Assembly (NCBI GenBank): GCA_025558095.1
Contig: JAIVFI010000014.1
Coordinates: 496,001 to 560,000 of the forward strand
Origin: Hyaloraphidium curvatum SAG 235-1
Lineage: Eukaryota; Fungi; Monoblepharomycota
Direction: 5' to 3'
DNA: 64,000 nt
Shown here: positions 37,101-47,207 of the stretch, piece after piece
Position numbering within the stretch: position 1 is the first letter of the stretch
Layout of the letters: each line of letters opens with the position of its first letter
Program-made: the position numbers and the translations under genes
Notes under the pieces: model-generated
The model's database searches: none
The model's input: the letters and a program-made list of their open reading frames with translations, nothing else
Told to the model about the DNA's origin: nothing

Positions 37101-37348
37101 GGTCGTAGGTGACCAGGACCAGCCTGTCCTCCTCGCGGAACCGGTTCTGCTGCTCCATCAGCTGCTCCGGCCTCCGATGATCAGCTCCAATGGCCTCGGC
37201 GGGGGACGGGAAGGCGGACCTTGTAGAAGTGCTCGATGCCGGCCTTGGCCACCTCGAGCGACGACAGCGGCGACGCGCCGAGGCCCACGGGCTCCAGCGG
37301 CTGCTTCATCGGCGGCGAGGTGTCGACGACGAACGCGTAGATTGGCAT
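34173..37348 (-). CDS. INTS6: Integrator complex subunit 6-like (VWA domain), multi-exon
   Basis: MPIYAFVVDTS..M.Q..LEVAKAGIE.F.K (VWA start), EPFRWDQRL, WPIPE.FW, PFGFLR..LHVLPY, HDVPISEMGDF..FGNPYK are INTS6 hallmarks. Confidence 0.88.
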
Positions 37349-37468
37349 CCCGGCGGCCTCCCGGCGCCCCGGGACGGTCCGCGTCCCCACGCGTCGCGGG
37401 TTGTTTGGCTTAGGGAATTCCGGTATCTGGCCTCCACTACCTCCACAATCTGCGCGAGGAGTCGGGCG

Positions 37469-38158
37469 ATGGCGGCCCCCGCGCAGGACCTCCCGCCCAA
37501 GGGCGGCTTCCCCACGCCGGTGCGGTACGCGCGCAACCTACCGCGGCGCGGCCCGTCGGGCGCCGTCATCCTCGTCGTCGGGCTCGGCGCGATGGCGTAC
37601 GGCTTCGCGCAGGTCGGGAAGCTGAACGAGGAGAAGAGGTGCGCACCGCCGGGGCAGTGCTGAGAGGGGGAGGGGGTAGGGCGGGGGCAGGAGGCGGGAT
37701 GGGATGCCGGACGCCGTGGACACGCGTTCCCGGGGACGGAGGCCCGCCGCCCCCACCGCCCATCCGCCGCCTGCCGCCCCCGATCGCACGCCGCTGACCT
37801 CCTTCCTTTCACCAGAGAACTCCGTCGCGAAAAGACGTGGGCCCGCATCCACCTCGTGCCCCTCCTGCAGGCCGAATCCGACCGCGACGCCGTGCGCCGG
37901 GAGGAGGCCATGCGCGCGCGCGAGGCCGAGGTGATGAAGTCCGTCGAAGGCTGGGTGCCCGGGTCGCTCAAGGACCCCGTGCCCGGGCTGGGGAAGGACG
38001 GGAGCGTGGCCGTGGGGGAGCACGGCCCGCACGAGGGCGGGGCGGCCGTGTACCACACCAAGCGGTACGTGGGGCCGGTGGCGGGGCTGTTTGAGGAGGG
38101 GACGGAGGGGGTGAGCAAGGCCAAGTGGGACGCGGGCGTTAAGGTGGCCAAGGTGTGA
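37469..38158 (+). CDS. NDUFA13: NADH dehydrogenase complex I subunit A13 (GRIM-19); intron 37639-37815
   Basis: QDLPPKGGF..VRYARNLPRRGPSG, TM helix, then ELRREKTWARIHLVPLLQAESDR. Confidence 0.96.
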
Positions 38159-38429
38159 GGCAACCTGGGCGGAATGGACCGCCAGTGCATCCCGAGGGGT
38201 GCCCGGACTCGTTGCCTCCATGCCGGACGGACTCGTCGGCCTCGGATACCTTGCCAGAGCTATCTACCGCCGTGTACGTGGGATAGAACAGGCTTGGACT
38301 CTCTCATTTTGGGCTCTCTCATTTTGGTGCCGTGCCGCGTCGACCTGCCTCCCTTGCCCATTGCCGCCGACCCGCCCGCCCTTGCCATCCTACCCGCCCT
38401 TGTCGAAGCACTCCCTCCGTCCCTCCCCA

Positions 38430-39215
38430 TCAATCGTCCAGATCGAGCCCGTACCGCTCGTACATGACCCTCGTCGTGGTCTGCTCCGCCGTCCTTCCCA
38501 GAACCGCGCCGTTAGCCAACCCGCACAACCAGCACGACAGGCAACCCACCCCAGCAGCCCCAGCAGCACCTGTCCCAGATCCCTCGTCTCGTTGTACGCG
38601 TGCAGCCTTTTTATGTAGCCCCTGTAGGCGGCGTCGAGGTCCAGCGGGGCGGAGGAGGGGTCCGGGAGGTCGGGGTGCAGCACGCGCGCGAGGGCGAGCT
38701 CGGCGTCGGCGCAGGAGGCGCGGGCGGAGGAGAGGTCGGCGGTGAGGGAGGAGATTTCGGCGCGGAGGCGGGACTGCGTGCGGGGAGGGCGGTGAGTTGT
38801 CTGTACCGGGCACGGCGGCACGGAACGCGCCTTGCGCTCCTCGAGCAGCTTCTCCTTGTCCGCGATAGGCGCCGAAGGGGTCGCCGGGGCGGCCTGCATG
38901 GCGGGAGCGCCCGCGTGGGGCCGCCTCGGGAGCCAGTAGAGCTTCTCCTGCTTTCCGTGCACGGGCACCTCCACTCTGCGGCTCCGAATCAGCCCACGCG
39001 TGCGGTATGAGGGGTGAGCGCACAACGAACAGCCTGCCCTGTGCCACCAGGTCGGCCAGCAGCGCGGGGAGCGGGTCGTCCGCGGTGTGTCCGGGCGCGA
39101 GCTGCGTGTCGAGGAGGGGCCGCAGCTCCGCCGCCTGCGCGGGCCTGCCGGAGGGGAGCGAGGCGATGTGGGCGACGATGCGGTCTTCCGCTGAAGACGG
39201 CTGCGCGGACAGCAT
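38430..39215 (-). CDS. SWI5: Swi5/Sae3 DNA-repair protein with N-terminal extension, multi-exon
   Basis: YIKRLHAYNETRDLGQVLLG..VMYERYGLDLDD is the Swi5 domain signature. Confidence 0.82.
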   Translation of the reverse strand: MLSAQPSSAEDRIVAHIASLPSGRPAQAAELRPLLDTQLAPGHTADDPLPALLADLVAQGRLFVVRSPLIPHAWADSEPQSGGARARKAGEALLAPEAAPRGRSRHAGRPGDPFGAYRGQGEAARGAQGAFRAAVPGTDNSPPSPHAVPPPRRNLLPHRRPLLRPRLLRRRRARPRARAAPRPPGPLLRPAGPRRRLQGLHKKAARVQRDEGSGTGAAGAAGVGCLSCWLCGLANGAVLGRTAEQTTTRVMYERYGLDLDD

Positions 39216-39313
39216 GTCGGGGGAGGTTAAGGGGAAGGGAGCGGGACCGCGGTCGCAGCGGGGAGGGCGGGGCGCGGTTCGGGCACCCGAACTGCCGCGT
39301 GGCCGCCGCCCCC

Positions 39314-41027
39314 ATGTCGCGCCCGCGCCCGCCGGGCCTGTTGGGCCCCGAGCTCGGCGATTCCGGGGACGAAATGGACGTCGAGATGGAGTCGGACCCG
39401 CCCGCGCCCCCGACCGCTCCCGACGACGACTTTGACGCGCTCATCGCCGCAAACGCGTTCCCCGTCGAGTCGACCCCGCCCAAAGTCACGCCGCCCAAGC
39501 CCAAGCCCGCCGTGCAGCCGGCGACCACCGGCGCCACGTCGTCGGCCAAGGCCGCCGCCGCACGCGCAAAGGCGACCAAGCGCGCACGGCTGGAGGACTC
39601 GGACGAGGAGGACGAGGAGGTGGATTTCGAGGACGAGGGCAGCGCGGGGAGCCCAGAGAGCGACTTCTCGGCGGGGGACGACGACGACGACGAGCCGGTG
39701 GGGAGGGGGAGGAAGGGGGCCGCGGCGAAGAAGGCGCCCGCGAAGCCGGCGGCGGGGAGGGGCCGGCCGAGGGGAAGGCCTAGGGGATCGAGGGCGAGGG
39801 GGGGCAGGGGGCGGGGGGCGGCTGCTGCTCCGGTGGAGGGTGTTGCGGCGGCCGACGGCGGAGGGATCGCGTCGGCACCGCCGGCTCCGACACGGGGCAG
39901 GGGCCGCGGACGGGGCCGCGGGCGCGGGCACGCAGCCGCGCTGGCCGCCGCGGGGCACGAATCCGCTTCCCCTGCACTTTCCCTGGACGGATCTCCAGCT
40001 ACGGCACCGCCCGCCGCGTACAGGGGCAGGGGCCGCGCGTCGTCTCCCCCTTCGGTGCCGCGCGGCCGCGGCGGGCGCGGGGGAGGCAGGGGCCGTGGCG
40101 GTGCAGCCGCCGCCGCCAGGTTCGTCCCCGCCGCCGACGCCCGTTCTCCGACTAACGGTCTCCGCAGACGCGCGGGAAGCGACGACGAATCCTCCGCCTC
40201 GGGCTCCGCCTCGGCCTCGGACGACCTCGACCTCGACATCCCCGAGGACCCGCTGCTCGCCGAACCGACCTCGGACGAAGAGGCGGGAACGGATTCCGAC
40301 TCGGGCTCGGGCCTGACGGAATCGGAATCCGACGACGAGGGGTCGGCGGCGCCGCCCGAGGAGGCGCGCAAGGTGCCGCTGCCCGGGGTGCCGATGACGG
40401 CGCGGCAGAGGCGCAAGCTCGAGGCCGAGGAGGCTGGGAGCAATGCGGGGGAGTGGGACGAGAGCCTGCTCGCGCTGCCGATGGACGGTGGGTCGCTTTG
40501 CCCGCCTTGCCGCGTCGGGGTCGGTGACGTCGGCCTGCCCCGGACCAGGCATGGGCTCCAAGCGCAAGAAAAAGTACACGGCCGAGGAGGAAGCCCTGCG
40601 GCGCATCGAGCAGCGCCAAAAGCGCAAGAACCTGAGCAGCAAGAAGGACGAGGCGATCAAGCGGCAGACGATCGAGAAGCTGCTGCGGCGGCAGACCGCG
40701 GACGACAAGGTGCTTCCCCGCCGCCGTTTGCGCGCCGATCGCGCGGAGCTGACGCGTTCCCGTCCCGCGCGCGTGCAGGCAAAGGAGGACTCGGCGCCCC
40801 CCGACGCACCGCCCCCCCCTCCCACAGCCATCCGCCACCTCTACACCGCGGCGGGGATCACCGTCTCGGTCCCCCCCGGCACGCCCGACCCGTTCCCCCC
40901 CGCGCAGTTGGCAAGGTACCCCGAGCCGAGGGCGTGCTGCGTGTGCGGCGCGAGGAGGGGCGGCGAGGTGCGCGGGAGGAGCGTGTGCGGGGGCGTGGCA
41001 TGCTATAGGGCCGTGGTGGGGGCGTGA
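39314..41027 (+). CDS. INO80B: INO80 complex subunit B / Ies2 (PAPA-1 domain, degenerate HIT zinc finger)
   Basis: MTARQR, LLALPM, TAEEEALRR.E..KRK..S.KK.E..K.QTIEKLL, C-terminal CCVCG..CGGVACY; GRGR/AT-hook-like N-terminus. Confidence 0.82.
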
Positions 41028-41257
41028 AGGGGGCAATGTGCCCGGATGGTGGTGCAGGAATATGATGCGGTACCCTTTTTGCGAAGATGCGTCCATGGAT
41101 CGGTGTTGCGGGCGGCGGAGGGAGGTGGGCGGGACGGGTTGAGGCGTCGGTTGCCTCGGGCGACGCCAAAAGAGCGGCAGCGAAAACGTGCCACCTCCCC
41201 GCCACGTGACCGACGCGTCCGCGGACCACACGCCGCCGCAAAATCTGCGGGAGAAAC

Positions 41258-42432
41258 ATGTCCTGGAGCTCGTTCGACGAGGGCGCGTTCGTGGCCGAGC
41301 TCGAGCGCATCCTCGACGCCGCGAGCGGGGCTTCCGATGCCCTGCTGGCCCTCGTCCGGGCGGGCCCGACGAGGCCCGAGCGCATCTCCGGCGGTTTCTG
41401 GGAACCGGAAGCGGAGCCGGCGAGCGAGGCGGCCGAAATGGCGAAGGTCGCGCTCGGCCAGGCAAATGTCCTCTTGAGAGGTTTGGACAAAGAGGACGAC
41501 GAGGACAGCCCGGCCCCCCTCCGTGCCAAGCTGGGGCCTTTCTTTGCTGACGGTCGTCATGCCGTCGAGAGCGGCCAGCCGCCGCCGGAGCTGGTGCAGC
41601 GCATCTACGGGCGGGTCTTCCACCGGGTTCTGCTCCTGGGGCGTAGCTACATGGAGGCGTACCCCGATCCGGCCTCCGGAGGAAGTGGTCGTTTCCTACT
41701 ATGGATCAGCTGCTGGATCAGATCGTAGGGGACGAGTTTGCTTCCCCCCTGAGTCCCGGCTTCAGGATCGAGCCGTTCGAATCCCTCGTTTGGAGCCCAT
41801 TGCTCTGCGCCAGGTCGCTGATGAGGGCCGCAGGAATGGCGTCATCCCCGCCTCTGAAACGTCGCCTGGCGGAGGACACGGATCTGCTCGAATCCGGACC
41901 TTCTGGAACTGCTTTCGATCGAGCCGTGGCCTTCGGAGGCGCCAAACGAAGCGAACGGTGCGGCTTTCGACTTCACTTGGGACATGATGACGGATCCCCT
42001 TGCTGTGGCCCTGGAGCGGTCCGGTCCTTGGAGGCGGCGGTTGCATGCGCAGATGATGGAGGGCATCGCTGGGACCCGCCGCGAGATCCCGTCACTGTGG
42101 CTCGAGGAAATGGTGCGGAAGCTGCTGGACTCGGTGACGGCGGCAAAACGGCGGCACGAAGTGGGCACCCCCATTACCAACCTCTGGGGGATTGCCGCGT
42201 ACCTGTTCAAAGCTGTGATGCACAGCGAGCGGGAAGCGTGCTTCAGGATCACCTTCGACAGCCTCACCCCCGCAACGGATTGCTGCGATCGGTGCGGGAG
42301 GGCGGAGGGGGACGTGCAGTTGAAGCGGTGCGGGCGGTGCCGATGGCGAGGTACTGCAGCACCGACTGCCAGCGCGCGCATTGGCCGGAGCAGGAGCACA
42401 AGGCCACCTGCGTGCCGAGGGAAGACAAGTAA
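41258..42432 (+). pseudogene. MYND zinc-finger protein gene, frameshifted
   Basis: MYND motif CDRCG..LKRCGRC / RYCSTDCQRAHW..HKATC is split across frames near 42343; further frame changes near 41700 and 41950 lack obvious intron signals. Confidence 0.65.
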
Positions 42433-42662
42433 TCTATCTGGGGAGCAATGGGGACGGAAAATCGCATCCACTATTGGAAAGCGATGTGTTGATCGTTGAC
42501 AGCTCCTTCCTGCGTGCCGCCTCCAACGCCAGAGGAACGACCCCACGGAAGCTAAAGCGCCAAAAAGTGTCGAAACGACACCGCACGCCCTCTAAGAGAT
42601 AGAGTCTGTTAAAGCGGGGCTTGTCCAGGGTATGTTTCCACGGGGACAACCCCATTTTCGCA

Positions 42663-42955
42663 CCATCACCCACCTCCGACGCCGATCACCTCCCAAACCC
42701 ACCCACTGCACGATTCCAAGACCCTAGGTGTTGCGGACGGAGCAACGAGGTGTGGATTAGGTTAGGGCAGCGTCGGCACGAGGGCGACGGTGGCCGATCG
42801 CACCCCCGGCCAACCCCTCTGCAGAGCGGCCCCAGCCCCCCCGAGGTGCCCATCCACCCTCTAAAGCATCGCCAAACTGTCGGAATGGCGCAGTGGTCTA
42901 CCGCGGGAGAATTTTGCCTGAATTTAGGCTTCGGCCGGTCCTAGCTACCCACCAT
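42663..42955 (+). repeat. Left arm of inverted repeat (tRNA-Ser upstream flank, 5' half and degenerate intron)
   Basis: 42663-42910 is the reverse complement of 49049-49296 (no mismatch seen by eye); 42911-42955 is a diverged copy of the tRNA intron. Confidence 0.95.
42879..42955 (+). pseudogene. Truncated tRNA-Ser pseudogene (5' half; anticodon deleted; no T-arm or B-box)
   Basis: GTCGGAATGGCGCAGTGGTCTACCGCGGGAGA is identical to the tRNA 5' half; TTAGA is missing; homology stops at the intron end. Confidence 0.85.
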
Positions 42956-43081
42956 TTTGCCTTCTGATCGGTGACTAGATGGACTCGCGATGTTGGCTCC
43001 ACCGAACCGCCAACGACGCGTCGAACTGTCGCTCGCGAACCTCCCCGACTCTCACCTTTCTGCCACCGTGACCCCGCGTCA

Positions 43082-44266
43082 ATGGAGCCCACCGCAGTCG
43101 CCGTGCCTGCCCCCACGCGCTGGCGGGACGCGTCGCCGCGGGCCGGGGCAGGCGACGCCTCCTCGGACGGACCGAAGCTGCCGCCAGAGATCCTCCTGCT
43201 CGTCATGGAAAACCTACGGGCCCGCGGACTGAAGCGCTCGCTTTCGAACTGCTCTCCACGTGCTGGGATGTGCTGCGCCTGGGCATCGGGGTGCTCATGC
43301 GCGCGGTCGGTATTCCTGGTGCACGGGAAGGAAGGGCTTACGAGGCACTCGACGGGCTTCTCTCGGACTCTTTGAGACTCGACAAGCTGCGGAAAGTCAT
43401 GAAGCTGACCATTACCGTAGGTGGAGGTCCTGCGCAGGTCCGCACCCCACTTGCAGGAGCTGTCGATGGAGCTGCTGGAGCCGAGCGAATTTGACCTCAG
43501 ACTATTGTGGACGGCTCTCCGAGGCGCTAGAGGCCTGATCAGCTTCCATCTCCTTCATCACTGTGATCTCCGCACGATGTCTCATTTCGGACTCGATGCA
43601 GGCCCATATCTCCCCCTTTTAAGGCACCTGGACTCATTGGACTCTCTGAGGGAGATCAGCCTCGCCACCAAATACGCTTGGATCTGGCGGTTACCCGATG
43701 AGTCGCAGCTTTTTAGCTGGCCAGATGCGCTTCTCCGCTTCTCTCGGCTCCCAAGTCTCCTCGTTCGGCTCACGACCAGCCACAAACTCGACCCCTGGCT
43801 GCGCACGAACAGGTTCTGCAACGTCGAGGATCTTCACTTTTTCAACGAGGAGGTCGAGGACATGGACAAGCTTCGCCGGATCTGCGCCTCCTTCCCTCGG
43901 CTCCGGTCTCTGGAATTCTCGCAGACCGAACAGCCTGCAGGCACGGCGATTCTGGCGGACTTCTCTTCCATTCGGTTTCATTGCCTCGAGCAGCTCACCA
44001 TCCGATACTGCTATCTGGGACTGAATCCGATGCTCTTCCCCGCGGTCAAAACCGCGATCGAAGAATCGGGAGTACGGATCACGCTGGAGCCCCTATGGGA
44101 GTGTTTGAACTGGGAAACGCTCGAGTCGGCCCAGGCTCTCAAGGCGGAGGAAGACTTCTGGCTTGGAGTCCCAGGCGTCCACTTTGATGCATACGGTGCG
44201 CACAGCAGAGAAGGTTTCGACCCTTGGCAGGAGGAGTTTGAGCGCTATGCCAGCACTTCTGAATAG
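43082..44266 (+). pseudogene. F-box-like/LRR-like protein paralog 1, two apparent frameshifts
   Basis: KLPPEILLLVMENL F-box-like start; frames switch near 43243 and 43420; aligns with paralog 46048-47207 (LLSTC, LFP.V..AI...G..., E..FW). Confidence 0.65.
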
Positions 44267-44375
44267 ATTGAGCCGCCCATTCGGTCGATTCTTTTGCATA
44301 GATCGGATTCACGGGGCCGGAGTACCGGTCGAGCGGACTGTCTCCCAACTTGCGACCCATACCAGCATTCCGCCA

Positions 44376-45962
44376 ATGCCAGACCTCATCACGGTCCGCG
44401 AAGCGACGTGGTCCGTCATGCGCCAGTACGGCATGACCACCGTCTTCGGCAACCCGGGCTCGACAGAGCTCGGCCTGTTCCTGGGATGGCCAGCCGATTT
44501 CCGCTACGTTCTCGGCCTCCAGGAGAGCGTAGCAGTCGGCATGGCGGACGGATACGCGCAGGCGACCGGCAACGCGAGCTTCGTCAACCTGCATTCCGCC
44601 GCGGGGGTCGGACACGCGATGGGCAATATATTCACCGCCTTCAAGAACAAGACCCCAATGGTGGTCACGGCCGGACAGCAGGCCCGCTCCCTTCTTCCTT
44701 TCGACCCGTTCCTCTACAGTGCGCAGGCCACGGAGCTCCCTCGCCCTTACGTAAAGTGGAGCGTGGAGCCGGCGCGCGCCGAGGACGTTCCGCTTGCGAT
44801 TGCGCGCGCGTATCACCTTGCCATGACGCCGCCGCGCGGGCCGGTGCTCGTTTCCGTTCCTGCGGATGATTGGTCGGCAATGACCGAGCCCGTGGAACCT
44901 CGCAAAGTCAGCCGGCACCTGCGGCCCGATCCCGCTCTCCTGGCAGAGATTGGAGACGCGCTCGACAGCTCCCTGCGGCCGGCCTTCGTCGTCGGGGCGG
45001 CCGTCGATCGCGATGGTGCCTTCGACCAGGCGGTCGCGCTCGCGGAACGCCACCAGGCGCGGGTTTGGACGGCCCCGCTGAGCGGACGCTGCAGCTTCCC
45101 CGAAGGCCATTCCCTGTTTGCCGGATTCCTGCCGGCGATGCGGGAGCGCATTGTTGCGCTCTTGGACGGGCACGACCTCATCGTCGTTCTCGGGGCTCCG
45201 GCATTCACCTACCATGTCGAAGGATTCGGGCCTCACGTGCCCCCTGGCGCCCGGCTCGTGCAGATCACGGACGATCCGCAGGTGGCAGCTTGGGCACCCG
45301 TCGGGACCTCGGTGGTCTCCAGCTTGCGACTCGCACTGGAAGACCTGCTGGCGCGGCCTGCGCCAACGAAGCGCACCCCCCCTTCAGCGCCCGAACCTCC
45401 TCCCGAGGTGCCATTGCCCACGGGCACGCAACCCATTCCGACAGAATACCTCATGCAGACCCTGGCGAGGGTGCGTGGCCGGGACTCGGTCGTGGTTGAG
45501 GAGGCACCGAGCTCGCGGCCGATCATGCAGAAGCACCTGCCTTTCTTCGCCTCGGGGACCTTCTACACGATGTGCAGCGGCGGACTGGGCCACGGCCTTC
45601 CGGCCGCCGTCGGCGTGGCACTCGCGCGGCCGGGCGTCAAGGTGGTTGCGCTCGTGGGCGACGGTTCCATCATGTACGCGATCCAAGCGCTGTGGAATGC
45701 AGCACAACTGCGGCTGCCCATCACTGTGGTCGTCGTCAACAACGGGAACTATGCAGCCCTGCACCAGTTTGCACCGGTCTTTGGATTCAAGCCTGGCGAC
45801 GAGCTGCCCGGGACCACACTACCGGGGCTCGATTTTGTGGCGCTGGCCGCGGGCCACGGCATGCGGGGCCGGAGGGTGACGGAAGCGGGGGAGTTGGCTG
45901 ACGCGCTGCGCGAGGCGATCGAGTCGAAGGAGCCGGAGCTCGTGGAGGTCGTGGTGGCGTGA
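44376..45962 (+). CDS. mdlC: Benzoylformate decarboxylase (ThDP-dependent), bacterial-like, intronless
   Basis: VFGNPGSTEL, LQE, NLHSAAGVG, TAGQQ, SGGLG and ThDP motif GDGS..Y..QALW..NN are BFD family signatures. Confidence 0.92.
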   Translation: MPDLITVREATWSVMRQYGMTTVFGNPGSTELGLFLGWPADFRYVLGLQESVAVGMADGYAQATGNASFVNLHSAAGVGHAMGNIFTAFKNKTPMVVTAGQQARSLLPFDPFLYSAQATELPRPYVKWSVEPARAEDVPLAIARAYHLAMTPPRGPVLVSVPADDWSAMTEPVEPRKVSRHLRPDPALLAEIGDALDSSLRPAFVVGAAVDRDGAFDQAVALAERHQARVWTAPLSGRCSFPEGHSLFAGFLPAMRERIVALLDGHDLIVVLGAPAFTYHVEGFGPHVPPGARLVQITDDPQVAAWAPVGTSVVSSLRLALEDLLARPAPTKRTPPSAPEPPPEVPLPTGTQPIPTEYLMQTLARVRGRDSVVVEEAPSSRPIMQKHLPFFASGTFYTMCSGGLGHGLPAAVGVALARPGVKVVALVGDGSIMYAIQALWNAAQLRLPITVVVVNNGNYAALHQFAPVFGFKPGDELPGTTLPGLDFVALAAGHGMRGRRVTEAGELADALREAIESKEPELVEVVVA

Positions 45963-46047
45963 GCGACTACAGCGCCGCGTTCAAAGATGTTGGCATGACT
46001 ACAGCTCTCGCGCCACCATTTGTCTGTTGGAGTTCGAGCTAGTTGTC

Positions 46048-47207
46048 CTAGGTCTCACTCGCGGCCCGCCACGAGTTCTCCCACTTCTCCAGCGCCTCGA
46101 AAGCTTTGTCCGCATCTTCCACTTCGGCACCTATTTCCACCCAGAACTGCAGCTCGCTTCTGAGCGCCCGATAGCCTTCGATACGATCTTTGCCAGAGGG
46201 CAGGACGCAGACAAGATCGGTGCCTCCCATGAGACGCACTTTTGTGCCGGCCGCTGCAATTGCCTGCACAACGAGCGGGAACAACTCTGCTTCCAAGTCA
46301 AGCCCGCATCGCAATTCGACGAACTGCAGGCCATTCCATTGAAACCCGACCAAAGCTGAGGTCTCGATTCCGTACTGAACAAAAAGCTCTTTGACCCCGG
46401 GGAAAGTGCTGCGAATGATACCGAGGTCCTCTGCTGAGGAAGGTAGATTGATGTAGTCGTCGTTGCATGCCAGACCCAGGACCTCCACACTCGGGAACGA
46501 TGCTATAGCCCAATCGCTCAGGCTAACTCTCGGGTCCATCAGAGGGTGCGCAGGTGGTTGAAGACGTTGGGAAAAGCAAGGATGGCCTCGGGCCAGGTCG
46601 AGGACCCGCAATCTTCGTAAAAAGACAGCTCGAACGACTCAAAAGTTGGTAAACTCTCCAAGTGCTCCAGTAACTGCACGAAGTCGTCCGCGTCAGTCTC
46701 CTCCGCGGTAGGAGAGTCAACGCTGACCACGCGGAGCTTCGTTGCTCGACAAATGCCCCGCAAGAAACCTGGCACGGAGTCCGGATCCAAAACGCACATA
46801 TGAAGTTCAGCCAGCGAAGGCGCAGCGTTGTCCAGCAGCGCCGCCAAGAGCGGATCCCTCGAGGCGATGGAAACGCGAAACTCGGTGAGGTACTCCAGCT
46901 TGTGAAGTTCGAGTCCGTCCATGAGCAGTCCGCGCCACTTCTCCAGCGGACGGTGTTCGTCAGGGTCGACAACCAGGCGACGGAGCAGGACCTCGATCCC
47001 TAGCGTGAGCAAGCCGCGGCACGTCGAGAGCAGGTTCAGCAGCGAGCGCTTCCGTCCCGCTGGGTTCTCCATGACCAACAGAAGGACTTCCGGAGGCAGG
47101 GACGCGAGAGATGCGATCTTGGGAACAGAGACCTCGTCGCGCCGTGAGGCCAAGGGCGGAGCCCCGGGCGCCTGCTGGGCCGCCACTTTGATGGCGGGCT
47201 CGATCAT
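46048..47207 (-). pseudogene. F-box-like/LRR-like protein paralog 2, one apparent frameshift near 46540
   Basis: SLPPEVLLLVMENP..KRSLLNLLSTC; the C-terminal part in ORF 46048-46611 matches paralog 1. Confidence 0.65.

Noticed and set aside
42756-42767. Telomere-like TTAGGTTAGGG inside the inverted repeat
   Set aside because: Fewer than two full units; expected by chance.
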